Assembly: GCA_034669905.1 (NCBI GenBank)
Contig: JAXMOL010000073.1
Span: forward strand, 1-30,022
Source of the DNA: Candidatus Hydrogenedentota bacterium
GTDB lineage: Bacteria > Hydrogenedentota > Hydrogenedentia > Hydrogenedentales > JAEUWI01
Direction: 5' to 3'
Length of the DNA stretch: 30,022 nucleotides
The position numbers and the translations under genes are program-made. Under the pieces are notes generated by a model. The model saw only the letters and a program-made list of their open reading frames with translations, searched no databases and was not told where the DNA came from. Every line of letters starts with the position of its first letter. Position 1 is the stretch's first letter. Positions 10,101-17,275 of the stretch are shown here, one piece after another.

Positions 10101-10381
10101 CCATGGCGTCGGGTGAAGGCGAAGGCGAAGGCGAAGGAGAAGGAGAAGGAGAAGGAGAAGGAGAAGGAGAAGGAGAAGGAGAAGGAGAAGGCGAAGGAGA
10201 AGGCGAAGGAGAAGGCGAAGGAGAAGGCGAGGAAGTGAAAGAACCCGGGATGACCTGCAGCCCGACTGCTCCCCAGGCGGGTAGCCTGTTGGGTGACATG
10301 GTTGTCTTGGTACTGGCACTGATGCTGTTCCTGGGAAGTTTCACGGTATTTCGTCCGTCACCCAATCGGCGGGGGCGCTGA
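4178..10381 (+). CDS. Large multidomain cell-surface protein: 2 SBBP-type beta-propellers, Ig-like domain, 5 DUF5011/HYR-like repeats, GE linkers, DxDxDG Ca-binding repeats, DUF1565/beta-helix-like domain, carboxypeptidase-regulatory-like domain, C-terminal TM anchor
   Basis: 14 D(F/L/Y)(D/N)P motifs with VDSSGNVYV.G blades; repeats of DTTAPVLTLLG...Y.V.Y.V.D..GN; DSEGDGLTD/DTDDDGMPD; WVSP.GSD..G.GS...PF.TI..AI. Start placed at ATG 4178 (RBS GAGGA, downstream of the promoter); ATG 4244 is possible. Confidence 0.88.
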   Translation: MAFLFGGTCGSSVSIREIKWWQMAAAWRASALLAAVLLALGSSATSPMLDSLDTFGGVASTQVTAVDVDISGNRYDTGVFEETVDFDPGAGTTALTAAVSATDVWVRKFSNTGNLAWAVQLAGAGYVESYGMAVDSSGNVFVAGYFDGTVDFDPGAGTFNLTAPATSYDAFVLKLNSNGVFQWAASVSTTGDNYAYDVAVDSGGNVITVGEFDGTADFDPGAGTVSIDAAGSGYNYIWKLDASGVHVWTKTVDWIVASVTTDSSDNVLMAGSFNGTVDFNPDAGENNLSALGAEDAALVKYDSSGAYVWAKNAGGVSATANGNFVGVDAADNVYGVGIYFDAAVDFDPGAGTSSLSSVSGSLDVFVQALDSSGTFRWAKSVGGTSFDTPKDADVSRSGNVYVTGTFLTTVDFDPGAGTDERTVVGSTDIFAFNLNPNGELVWAYTPGGSGLDSGEAIVALDASTAFVGGTFTGPADFDPAMVLGPTGSLGVTESFVVQVTTDELIQPDLDLLRSTGNFGGTAVSVLKTDSSGNIYTAGSFNNTIDLDPGPGMDSYTTTGTLNGYFQKLDPNGDYDMGGIFGSTEASGNTSAFDLALDSAGNIYMTGFFSGEADFDPGAGTFVLDTGNVSQWDVFVLKLDSSGAFQWAVQAGGTGNDVGEGIDVDASGNVYVAGYFNGTADFDPSGATANETSAGMADAFLWKLDASGNLVWVQTIGDSGPERGVALALDSSGNPTMAMSFDGTVDFDPGAGVESVASSDGDSAIVKFDDAGVFQWVAVVTGAGEDEVRDLALDSSDNIYSLGDFESDIDLDPGAGTVTENSAAAQDGYIQKLDSNGDYVWSHVLSGSNSIEAYGIGVSSDGTVYVAGGFFGTFDYDPPNMFDLRVSYGSDDVFVVALEEMGSVLWTYTTGDSDSQSGSAVAGLPNGRVLVAGGYGGTVDFDPSLGVSSSAVTGSYDVFLIELNRDVAPTADVITPSTTGPTNASSVTFTVEFSEDVTNFFDSSDLVQTHTSTGFGSVSITGGPRIYSVSINFLTGSGDFTVSVNTASDIMDLTGNPLASSVTSAVVTLDKQSPTIMLNGSNPITLECQDPYVEAGATATDILDGVITGDIVIAGDTVDTATPGSYTVTYDVTDAAGNAATQVTRTVNVVDTMPPTITRVGSPLILLGCGDSYVDLGATASDSCEGNLTGSIVVGGDTVDTSSPGVYTITYNVMDASGNAATQVTRTVTVQDTTAPVLTLLGNASETVACGATYSDAGATALDGCADDISGSVVVGGDTVDVNTPGVYMVTYNVMDPSGNAAAEVTRTVTVLDTTAPVLTLLGNASETVACGTTYSDGGATALDDCADDISGSVVVGGDTVDVDTPGVYTVTYNVMDPSGNAAAEVTRTVTVLDTTAPVLTLLGNASETVACGGTYNDAGATVNDTCDTSLGIGSIVVGGDVVDTSSAGTYTITYDVMDASGNAAVQVTRTVTVAECAGEGEGEGEGEGEGEGEGEGEGEGEGEGEGEGEGEGEGEGEGEGEGEGEGEGEGEGEGEGEGEGEGEGEGEGEGEGEPCLDPDLDSEGDGLTDCEESEVGTDPFKVDTDDDGMPDVYEVRFGLRPLDPTDALEDNDMDATSNLAEYLGVSNPQDPLDPRFVIWVSPLGSDTEGSGSRMAPFFTIAHAIQALETKGAGAAGGIMLESGVYSEDVVMPDDVVLSGAPDADATISGQVVGAQGGRLENLELMPAMKDDVLLEVNNVAMEVRDVSFRGTPESREATGIVVKGEMAVDTIIEGCLFRDLYIGIEVFDRIPTIRLSRFQDVLFAAIVIRSTTLIDVERDLSVDGDSTRGLNAFEFDADSPIPITMPRAILNETTTVLRAERNEWGTDDPEKIAELIDGPVDVEPIQATASTILASTLVCTLWSFDDQERIASATVALPGSGYRAVTENIDGVFIYPAIIGGSYEVICEADGYGLSTVAVTLEPGEIKSITIPMSAMASGEGEGEGEGEGEGEGEGEGEGEGEGEGEGEGEGEGEGEGEEVKEPGMTCSPTAPQAGSLLGDMVVLVLALMLFLGSFTVFRPSPNRRGR
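7382..8600 (+). repeat. Five tandem 243-bp (81-aa) intragenic repeats
   Basis: Units start at 7382, 7625, 7868, 8111 and 8354. Units 3-4 and the start of unit 5 are near-identical at DNA level. Confidence 0.9.
8609..8836 (+). repeat. Hexanucleotide tandem repeat (GGNGAA)38 encoding (Gly-Glu)38
   Basis: Directly visible, 228 bp. Confidence 0.97.
10112..10231 (+). repeat. Hexanucleotide tandem repeat encoding (Gly-Glu)20
   Basis: Directly visible, 120 bp, mostly GGAGAA/GGCGAA. Confidence 0.97.
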
Positions 10382-10554
10382 CACGATTCCGTGAGCGCAC
10401 GAGATGGAGTGCCTCTGGGGGGGGGGACGGCGCTTTTTGTGAAAGCGATCGCGCTATGGTACCCTTACGTAAGGAGGGTTTGTGGCTGCATTTGATATTC
10501 TGTGCGGCGACCCTCCCGGACTATGCAGACACCGCAGGAGTGACACCTGTACGC

Positions 10555-10959
10555 ATGAGTACGCCGTTCTTTCGCGAGGAATTTCCGAGCACCTTCGAGG
10601 CCATGACCGCGACCTTGGATCGTGCTGTGGCCGCTTTATTGCGGGAGGGGTGGATTCAAACGGCCGATGAGCCGTGTACCCGGTTGTGTCTGGAAGAGGC
10701 GTTGGTCAATGCGGTCCGTCATGGCAATGCCAATGATGCGGAGCGTTCGGTTACGATCAGCCTGACCGCCAGTGGTGAATGTTGCACGATCCGGGTCTCC
10801 GATGAGGGAGACGGTTTTTCGGTGGATGAGGTGGCGTTTCCGGAATTGGAGCAGATGGGGGGGCGGGGCATCTGTCTGATACGGCATTTCATGGAAAAAG
10901 TAGAGTTTGATACGAGCGCAAATTGCCTGGAAATGTCGTTTCGGCGCAAGGCAATGTAG
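10555..10959 (+). CDS. RsbW-like anti-sigma factor / HATPase_c_2 serine kinase
   Basis: N-box EALVNAVRHGN, G1 VSDEGDGF, G2 GGRGI.LIRHFM. Start uncertain. Confidence 0.88.
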   Translation: MSTPFFREEFPSTFEAMTATLDRAVAALLREGWIQTADEPCTRLCLEEALVNAVRHGNANDAERSVTISLTASGECCTIRVSDEGDGFSVDEVAFPELEQMGGRGICLIRHFMEKVEFDTSANCLEMSFRRKAM

Positions 10960-11080
10960 GGAGAGGCGTGTCTGTCATACACCGCGGTGGGATGTTCTTC
11001 TCGATTGTTGGAGAGGATGTCCCGGGTGCTGTGCGCCATAACGCCAGGTTGGATTTGTCAGCTTTAGAGGAGATAGCGGC

Positions 11081-11494
11081 ATGAGTGAAGCCAGCGACCA
11101 GATTCTCGATTTTTCCCAGGAGGGATCGATTATCGTCGGTACGATTCGCACGTCAAGCGTGTTGAGTGCCATAAATGTGGCCGAATTCGGCAATGAAGTG
11201 GTAGCCTATGTGGAGTCCCGTCCGGGAATCAATCTACTCCTCAATTTTGAGAATGTGGATTATCTTTCCAGTGCGGTGTTGACCGAGCTGCTGCGGGTAA
11301 ATAAGGCCATCGAAGGGGTAAAGGGAAAGCTGCGCCTGTGTAGCCTTTCCAAGGTGATTCTGGAGGTATTCCAGATTACCAATCTGGACAAGATGTTCAC
11401 CATCTACAATGAGGATCGGGAAGGTGGCCTGCGCCGCTTCCAGCGGGCTCTCGATATCCAGGCAGAAGAAGCGGCCTGGAAAGAGCCCAGCTGA
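11081..11494 (+). CDS. STAS-domain anti-sigma factor antagonist (RsbV/SpoIIAA-like)
   Basis: LLLNFENVDYLSSAVL (phosphoacceptor Ser region), G.LRLC.L...I.EVF.IT.L; RBS AGAGGAG. Confidence 0.9.
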   Translation: MSEASDQILDFSQEGSIIVGTIRTSSVLSAINVAEFGNEVVAYVESRPGINLLLNFENVDYLSSAVLTELLRVNKAIEGVKGKLRLCSLSKVILEVFQITNLDKMFTIYNEDREGGLRRFQRALDIQAEEAAWKEPS

Positions 11495-11551
11495 GCGACG
11501 GCACCGGTGGTGTCTCAGAGTCTTAGCCGGCCGAAGCAATCAAGATGAGCA

Positions 11552-11590
11552 AATCGTCCGACCCACGTGTGGTGTCGGGCGATTCTTTTT
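11552..11590 (+). terminator. Probable intrinsic terminator
   Basis: Stem AATCGTCCGAC/GTCGGGCGATT followed by CTTTTT. Confidence 0.65.
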
Positions 11591-11610
11591 CCTGTGCCGG
11601 GCGTTGCGCC

Positions 11611-11640
11611 TTGCGGGCTTTCCCGGTCCCTTGCTATGAT
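11611..11640 (+). promoter_or_regulatory. Sigma70-type promoter candidate
   Basis: TTGCGG-N18-TATGAT with extended -10 TG. Confidence 0.45.
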
Positions 11641-11711
11641 TCGCTTTCGCCTGGGTTGAATTACAGGTGATACCGTTTATTTCGGGGGCAGATTGATGAG
11701 GGAGAAGTGGG

Positions 11712-13010
11712 ATGAAGATTGCCATAGTAGGCACCGGGTATCAGGGCCTGGTCGTAGGGACGTGCCTCGCCGAAACCGGGCATCAGGTGACCTGTCTGGA
11801 AGCGGACCCCGAGCGCCTCGCTGCGTTGCAGGCGGGTTCGTTGCCCTTTCATGAGCCGGGCCTGGAGGAATTGCTCGTACGCAATCTCGAAGAAGAGCGC
11901 CTGAGCTTCACGAGCGACGTGGCCCGCGCAGCGGATGACTGTCTGAGTATCCTCTTCTGTGTGAATCCTCCTGTGGATGAGACAGGGCATGTCGATACCC
12001 GCGAACTCCTGGAACTGGCGGCCACGGTGGCGTCGTCTATGACGGGGTACCGGCTCTTCGTCAATAAGGGTGCCTGCCCGCCGGGAACGGCAGCGGCCCT
12101 GGAAGCGGTGTTCCGCGCGAATACCGAACAGCCGTTTGACGTGGTCGTCAACCCCGACTTCCTCAAAGCGGGTAAGGCCGTGGACGATTTTATGCACCCC
12201 GACCGGGTGGTTGTGGGCTGCGAGGACGTGCGGGTTCAGGAATTGATTCGGGAGATTTACAGCCCCTTCGTGCGTACGGGGCGCCCCATACTTTTTATGA
12301 ACCAGGCGAGCGCCGAGATTTCGAAATATGCAACCAATGTCATGCTGGCGTCTCGTATTTCGGTGATGAATCAACTGGCCGACATTTGCACCGCGGTCGG
12401 CGCGGATATTGCCCGGGTGCGTGAAGGCCTGGCCTGCGATGAGCGAATCGGAAACACCTTTCTGTTCCCCGGGCTCGGCTACGCGGGGTCGTATATGCCG
12501 GGTGATGTGGCGGCCTGCCAGCGCTTCGGGGAAGACCTGGGTGTAGATGTGGGCCTCATCTCGGCGATTCAGGGCGTAAACCAGCGGCGTCAGGATGGCT
12601 TCGAACAGGCCATTCGGCGCCATTTCGAGGGGGAACTTTCCGGCAACGTAATCGGATTCTGGGGCGCGACCTTCAAGCCGCGGACCGATGACATTCGCGG
12701 TTCCGTGGCCGTGCGGTTGATGGATGCCTTCCTGGAAGACGGCGCCACGATACAGGTCCATGATCCCGTGGCGGGTCCCGCCTTGCGTCGGCGCTATGGC
12801 GATCGGGTGACTATTGCCGCCAAGCCCTATGATGCCACGTCCGGGGCGCACTGCCTTGTGATTACGACGGAGTGGAGCAACTACCACCGACCCAGTTTCG
12901 CGCGCATGGCGGAGGAGATGGCGGCGCCCGTGATATTCGATGGTCGCAACCTGTATCAGCCGGACGTGTTGGAGAAAGAGGGATTCACCTATTTCAGCAT
13001 TGGACGCTAG
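11712..13010 (+). CDS. UDP-glucose/GDP-mannose dehydrogenase family protein with degenerate catalytic residues
   Basis: MKIAIVGTGY.GL, PF.EPGL.EL, PDRVVVG, AE..KY..N, G..FKP.TDD.R, IFDGRN. The catalytic GGSC.PKD motif reads AGSYMPGD. Confidence 0.9.
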   Translation: MKIAIVGTGYQGLVVGTCLAETGHQVTCLEADPERLAALQAGSLPFHEPGLEELLVRNLEEERLSFTSDVARAADDCLSILFCVNPPVDETGHVDTRELLELAATVASSMTGYRLFVNKGACPPGTAAALEAVFRANTEQPFDVVVNPDFLKAGKAVDDFMHPDRVVVGCEDVRVQELIREIYSPFVRTGRPILFMNQASAEISKYATNVMLASRISVMNQLADICTAVGADIARVREGLACDERIGNTFLFPGLGYAGSYMPGDVAACQRFGEDLGVDVGLISAIQGVNQRRQDGFEQAIRRHFEGELSGNVIGFWGATFKPRTDDIRGSVAVRLMDAFLEDGATIQVHDPVAGPALRRRYGDRVTIAAKPYDATSGAHCLVITTEWSNYHRPSFARMAEEMAAPVIFDGRNLYQPDVLEKEGFTYFSIGR

Positions 13011-13051
13011 TGGGTGACCGGGAGTGGAGCCCGGCAAAAAGGGAGGGATAG

Positions 13052-14608
13052 ATGGCATTGGAACTGGAGCGAGACGAGAATTCGCCTGCGCGCCTGATTG
13101 CGTTATTCGGTGCGCCTTCGCTGGCAATTCTGGTCGGTGCCTTTCTGGACTTAGTGCCTGGTCAGCCGCAGACGACCTACACGGCCGCCGTCGCACTCTG
13201 GATGGCCCTCTGGTGGATGACCGGGGCGGTGCCCCTGGCGGTTACGGCCCTGCTCCCCATCGTGCTTTTCCCGAGCCTGGGCATCATGTCGGCCAAGGCG
13301 GTGCCCGGCTACTACGTCAACGATATTATCTTCCTCTTTCTGGGGGGCTTTCTTGTCGCGCTGGCCATGCAACACTGGAATCTGCACCGTCGCATCGCGC
13401 TGCGCCTCTTGCTCTTTTTCGGGGGGAAGCCCAGCCGCGTTTTACTGGGGTTCATGACCCCGACTTTTCTGCTCTCCATGTGGATATCCAATACGGCGAC
13501 CACCATGATGATGGTGCCCATCGCCCTGTCGGTTATCATGCGCCTGGAAGAACAGGGCGAGCCGGTGGCTACCCGCCGTTTTTCCCTGGGCCTGCTCCTG
13601 GCCATCGCCTATAGTGCGAGCATTGGCGGAACGGCCACCCTGATCGGGACCCCGCCCAACGCGTCGCTGGTGGCCATTGTGGAGAATACCTTTCCCGATG
13701 CCCCCGACATCAGCTTTGCGGCGTGGTTTGCCTTTGGCCTTCCCCTGTCGCTCGTGCTCTTCGTGACCCTTTGGTGTTTTATTCGCTGGCGCTTCCTGGG
13801 GAAGCAGTGCCATGCCGTCTCGATCGATATGGAGACCATACGGAATCAGTATCAGGGCATGGGCCGCGTGAGTTTTGAGCAGGCCGTGGTCTTTCTTGTC
13901 TTCGTGCTGATGGCACTGCTCTGGCTCACCCGCAAAGGAATTGCGGTGGATGAGTTCTCCCTGCCCGGGTGGTCGGCGCTCTTTCCCTTTCCGGCTTACC
14001 TGCGTGACGGCACCGTAGCGATCTTCATGGCCCTCCTCCTTTTTGCCACGCCTTCCCGAAGTGTACCCGGTGGGCGTATCTTGAATTGGGACATTGCACG
14101 GGGTGTGCCGTGGGACATCATCCTCCTGTTTGGCGGTGGTTTTGCCCTGGCTGGGGGCTTCGCGGAATCAGGACTCGCCATCTGGGCAGGGGAGCAGCTT
14201 TCCGGTCTCGGGGCCTTCTCGCCGCTGGTGCTGGTCACAGGCATGTGCCTTTCCGTTTCTTTCCTGACCGAGTTAACTTCCAATGCGGCCACCACGGAAA
14301 TGCTCTTACCCATCATCGCGGCCCTGGGCGTGGCGATAGAAATTCATCCGCTGTTTCTCATGATTCCGGTGACCCTTTCCTGTTCCTTCGCCTTTATGCT
14401 GCCCGTTGCAACGCCACCCAACGCCCTGATCTTTGGTACCAATCGCATCAAGGTAATGGATATGGTGAAAACCGGCTTCCTCTTCAATTTGATCGGTGTG
14501 GCCCTGGTGACACTTTTCATGTTCACGTGGGGTCCAATAGTGTTCGATATCGATCTGAGTCAGATGCCGGAGTGGGCCGTGTGGGTAACGCCGGAAGCGA
14601 AGGAGTGA
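13052..14608 (+). CDS. SLC13/DASS family Na+/dicarboxylate (or sulfate) symporter
   Basis: LSMWISNTAT, SIGG.ATLIGTPPN, TELTSNAAT, FMLPVATPPNA; many TM segments. Confidence 0.95.
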   Translation: MALELERDENSPARLIALFGAPSLAILVGAFLDLVPGQPQTTYTAAVALWMALWWMTGAVPLAVTALLPIVLFPSLGIMSAKAVPGYYVNDIIFLFLGGFLVALAMQHWNLHRRIALRLLLFFGGKPSRVLLGFMTPTFLLSMWISNTATTMMMVPIALSVIMRLEEQGEPVATRRFSLGLLLAIAYSASIGGTATLIGTPPNASLVAIVENTFPDAPDISFAAWFAFGLPLSLVLFVTLWCFIRWRFLGKQCHAVSIDMETIRNQYQGMGRVSFEQAVVFLVFVLMALLWLTRKGIAVDEFSLPGWSALFPFPAYLRDGTVAIFMALLLFATPSRSVPGGRILNWDIARGVPWDIILLFGGGFALAGGFAESGLAIWAGEQLSGLGAFSPLVLVTGMCLSVSFLTELTSNAATTEMLLPIIAALGVAIEIHPLFLMIPVTLSCSFAFMLPVATPPNALIFGTNRIKVMDMVKTGFLFNLIGVALVTLFMFTWGPIVFDIDLSQMPEWAVWVTPEAKE

Positions 14609-14610
14609 GA

Positions 14611-15489
14611 ATGGAAATAGATTCGCGCTATGTCGGTGCCCGAAGTCAGCCCTTGACGGTGTCCCTGTCACCCCGTCAGACCATGAACTATGCGGCGGCA
14701 TTGGGGGACGGAAACGCCCACTACTTCGACGATACGCGAAGCGAAGGCATTTGTGCCCCGCCCATGCTCGCCGTGGCCCTGACGTGGCCCCTGTCCTCCC
14801 GCTTTGACCGGTACTGGGGAGACACCGATTTTCCGGTGGCGGCACAGCAGCGACAGGTGCACTACAACGAGTGCCTTATCTGGGAGCGGCCCATTGTGCC
14901 CGACGAAACCCTGAGTCTGCAGGGGGAAATCGTCGCCATGACGCCCCATCCCGGGGGAACGCTCATCACGATTCGTTATGTGGCGGAGGGGCGTGATGGT
15001 GCTGTTGTTTTTACGGAGTATATCGGTGGCCTGCTACGGGACGTGTCGTTGGTGGACGACGGTCGTTTTTCCGACTCGGTTCCGCCACCGATAGCGTCAC
15101 CCGATAGCGACGGGGAAGGATGGTCGGCGTCGATTGCGATCGATCCATTGGCCGCCCATGTTTATGATGGCTGCACCGATATCGTGTTTCCCATTCATAC
15201 TTCCGTGGCCTTTGCCCGCCAGGTGGGACTTCCCGATCCCATCTATCATGGGACAGCGACTCTTGGTCTTGCGGTGCGTGAGATCCTTAACCGGGAGGGT
15301 GGGGGAGAGCCGGCGCGCCTTCGGGAAGTGCATGGTGCCTTTCGCGGCATGGTGATGCCCGGTAGTACCATTACCCTTCGTGTGGACGCATTGCACGAGG
15401 AAGCTGATCAGAAAATTCTGTTTTTTACGGTGTTGAATAGCGAGGGCGTGGATGCCATTCGAAACGGCCGCGTCCATCTGGATGTATAA
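14611..15489 (+). CDS. Double hot-dog MaoC-like dehydratase family protein
   Basis: YAAALGD.N, PIH....A..VGLP.PI.HG.AT, F.GMV.PG. ATG 14611 after AGGAG; the upstream part of the 14086 ORF is a shadow of the transporter gene. Confidence 0.82.
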   Translation: MEIDSRYVGARSQPLTVSLSPRQTMNYAAALGDGNAHYFDDTRSEGICAPPMLAVALTWPLSSRFDRYWGDTDFPVAAQQRQVHYNECLIWERPIVPDETLSLQGEIVAMTPHPGGTLITIRYVAEGRDGAVVFTEYIGGLLRDVSLVDDGRFSDSVPPPIASPDSDGEGWSASIAIDPLAAHVYDGCTDIVFPIHTSVAFARQVGLPDPIYHGTATLGLAVREILNREGGGEPARLREVHGAFRGMVMPGSTITLRVDALHEEADQKILFFTVLNSEGVDAIRNGRVHLDV

Positions 15490-15549
15490 AGGTGTTTGCC
15501 GGTCACCGGAAGGGTGCACGGTGTGAAATAGTAAGGAGAGCATTTAGTC

Positions 15550-17127
15550 ATGTCCGTCAACGAACCAACCCGTCTCTGGGAATATGTATCCTATTGGGCC
15601 GCGCGGAAACCCGACGCGGAAGCCCTCGTCTTCGAGGAAACGCGCATGACGTGGGCCGAATTTGATGCGGAAGTGGATAAGACCGCCCGGGCCTTCCTCG
15701 CTGCGGGCGTGGAGAAGGGGGATCGCATCGCCATGGTGTCCATGGGGCGCCCGGAATTCATGACCTCCTTCATGGCGGCTTCGAAAATCGGTGCCACGTG
15801 GCTGGGCCTGTCCCCGAAGTTCACGGTCGATGAATTACGCTATATCATCGGACACTCCCAGCCACGAATCCTGCTGACCTTGCGGGAGTACATGGGCGTT
15901 GACCTCGTGGAAACCGGCGAGATCTTTGCCCAGGAATTCCCCTGCATCGAAAAGGTGCTGGTGATTGGGGAAGCCCATGTCGGCACAGAGCCGTACCAGG
16001 ACTTCGTCGACCAGGCCCCGGCCCCCACGCCGGAGGCTGACGCGCGCTATGCGGATGTGGGCGGGGACGATGAGGCCCTGCTCATGTATACCTCGGGATC
16101 TACAGGTAAGCCGAAGGGAGTGTTGCAAACACACCGCGCCATTATCGAAAACATTCGTGCGGAGTTGGCGTATTTCGGAATCGGTGAAGACGGGCGCCTG
16201 TTGCTCCACTTTCCGATTAACCACGTGGCTGCGGATGTGGAAATTGGCTACGGAGCCGTCATGGGCGGAAGCGCCCTGATCTTTATGGACCGCTTTGACC
16301 CCCAGGCATCCCTGGAAGTTATCGAACGGGAAAAAGTGACCATGGTGGGTCAGGTGCCGGTTATGTATCTGATGCAATTGCAGGCACCGAAGTTCAAAGA
16401 GATGGATTGGAGCCATGTAAAATACTTCGTCTGGGGGGGCGCGGGCGTGCCGACACTGGTGCTCGAAGTCTTGCGGCAGATTGCGTCGAAGACGGGCGCG
16501 AAACTGCTGACGGGCTACGGCTCCACCGAGTTGTGCGGTTTTGTCACCTATTCGTCGGCTGACGATACCATGGAACAGATGACCCGCTCTGTCGGGCGGG
16601 TGGTGCCGCCCTTCGAGATGAAAATCGTGGATGACGACCGGAAAGAAGTGCCCCAGGGAACGCTGGGTGAGTTGGCTTTCCGTGGGCCCAGCGTGATGAA
16701 AGGGTATTTGAATGACCCGAAGAATACACGTAACGTTATGGACGCCGACGGCTGGTACTACACGAGCGACTTGGGCCATGTTGATGAAGATGGCTATATC
16801 TATCTGTCCGGGCGCAGCTCCGAAATGTATAAGACCGGTGGCGAAAACGTCTTTCCCCGGGAAGTGGAAGAGGTGCTGGAAAGCCATCCTGCCGTCCTGT
16901 TTGCGGCCGTCATCGGCGTGGCTGACGAGCTCTATCAGGAAGTAGGCCATGGTTTCGTCATGCTCAAGCCGGGACAGACCGTGGACGCGGAAACCTTGCG
17001 GGCCCACTGCAAGGAGCACCTGGCAAACTTCAAGGTGCCCAAGAAATATACGATCAAGCCCGAGCTGGCCCTCTTGCCCAACGGCAAGGTAAACAAGGTC
17101 GCCCTTCGCAAGTCCCTGGATTCCTAG
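15550..17127 (+). CDS. Acyl-CoA synthetase / AMP-binding enzyme
   Basis: YTSGSTGKPKG, GYGSTE, GWYYTSDLG, GGENVFP.EVE, PNGKV.K; RBS AAGGAG. Confidence 0.95.
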   Translation: MSVNEPTRLWEYVSYWAARKPDAEALVFEETRMTWAEFDAEVDKTARAFLAAGVEKGDRIAMVSMGRPEFMTSFMAASKIGATWLGLSPKFTVDELRYIIGHSQPRILLTLREYMGVDLVETGEIFAQEFPCIEKVLVIGEAHVGTEPYQDFVDQAPAPTPEADARYADVGGDDEALLMYTSGSTGKPKGVLQTHRAIIENIRAELAYFGIGEDGRLLLHFPINHVAADVEIGYGAVMGGSALIFMDRFDPQASLEVIEREKVTMVGQVPVMYLMQLQAPKFKEMDWSHVKYFVWGGAGVPTLVLEVLRQIASKTGAKLLTGYGSTELCGFVTYSSADDTMEQMTRSVGRVVPPFEMKIVDDDRKEVPQGTLGELAFRGPSVMKGYLNDPKNTRNVMDADGWYYTSDLGHVDEDGYIYLSGRSSEMYKTGGENVFPREVEEVLESHPAVLFAAVIGVADELYQEVGHGFVMLKPGQTVDAETLRAHCKEHLANFKVPKKYTIKPELALLPNGKVNKVALRKSLDS

Positions 17128-17166
17128 CCGACGACGGCACGTTTCTCCGGGCAGCCTGACAAACAT

Positions 17167-17222
17167 TCCCGGGGTGAATGGGAAAGACGCACTCGCGTTC
17201 CTTATTCGCCCCGGGATTTTTA
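17167..17222 (+). terminator. Probable intrinsic terminator (long hairpin)
   Basis: CCCGGGGTGAATGGGAA / TTCCTTATTCGCCCCGGG followed by a T-run. Confidence 0.6.
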
Positions 17223-17275
17223 TTGCGCTGTTTCGGCGTTCAGTTTGCGCTTATGTTCCGGCGCTGTGTTACGGT

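Noticed and set aside
10408..10453. G10 tract as a phase-variation site, weak terminator, or CRP-like TGTGA-N6-TCGCG site
   Set aside because: Intergenic and not within a recognisable promoter spacer; the stem is short and the second half-site is poor.
11661..17166. Long antisense ORFs (11661-13196, 15835-17166)
   Set aside because: Typical high-GC antisense shadows of well-supported + strand genes.
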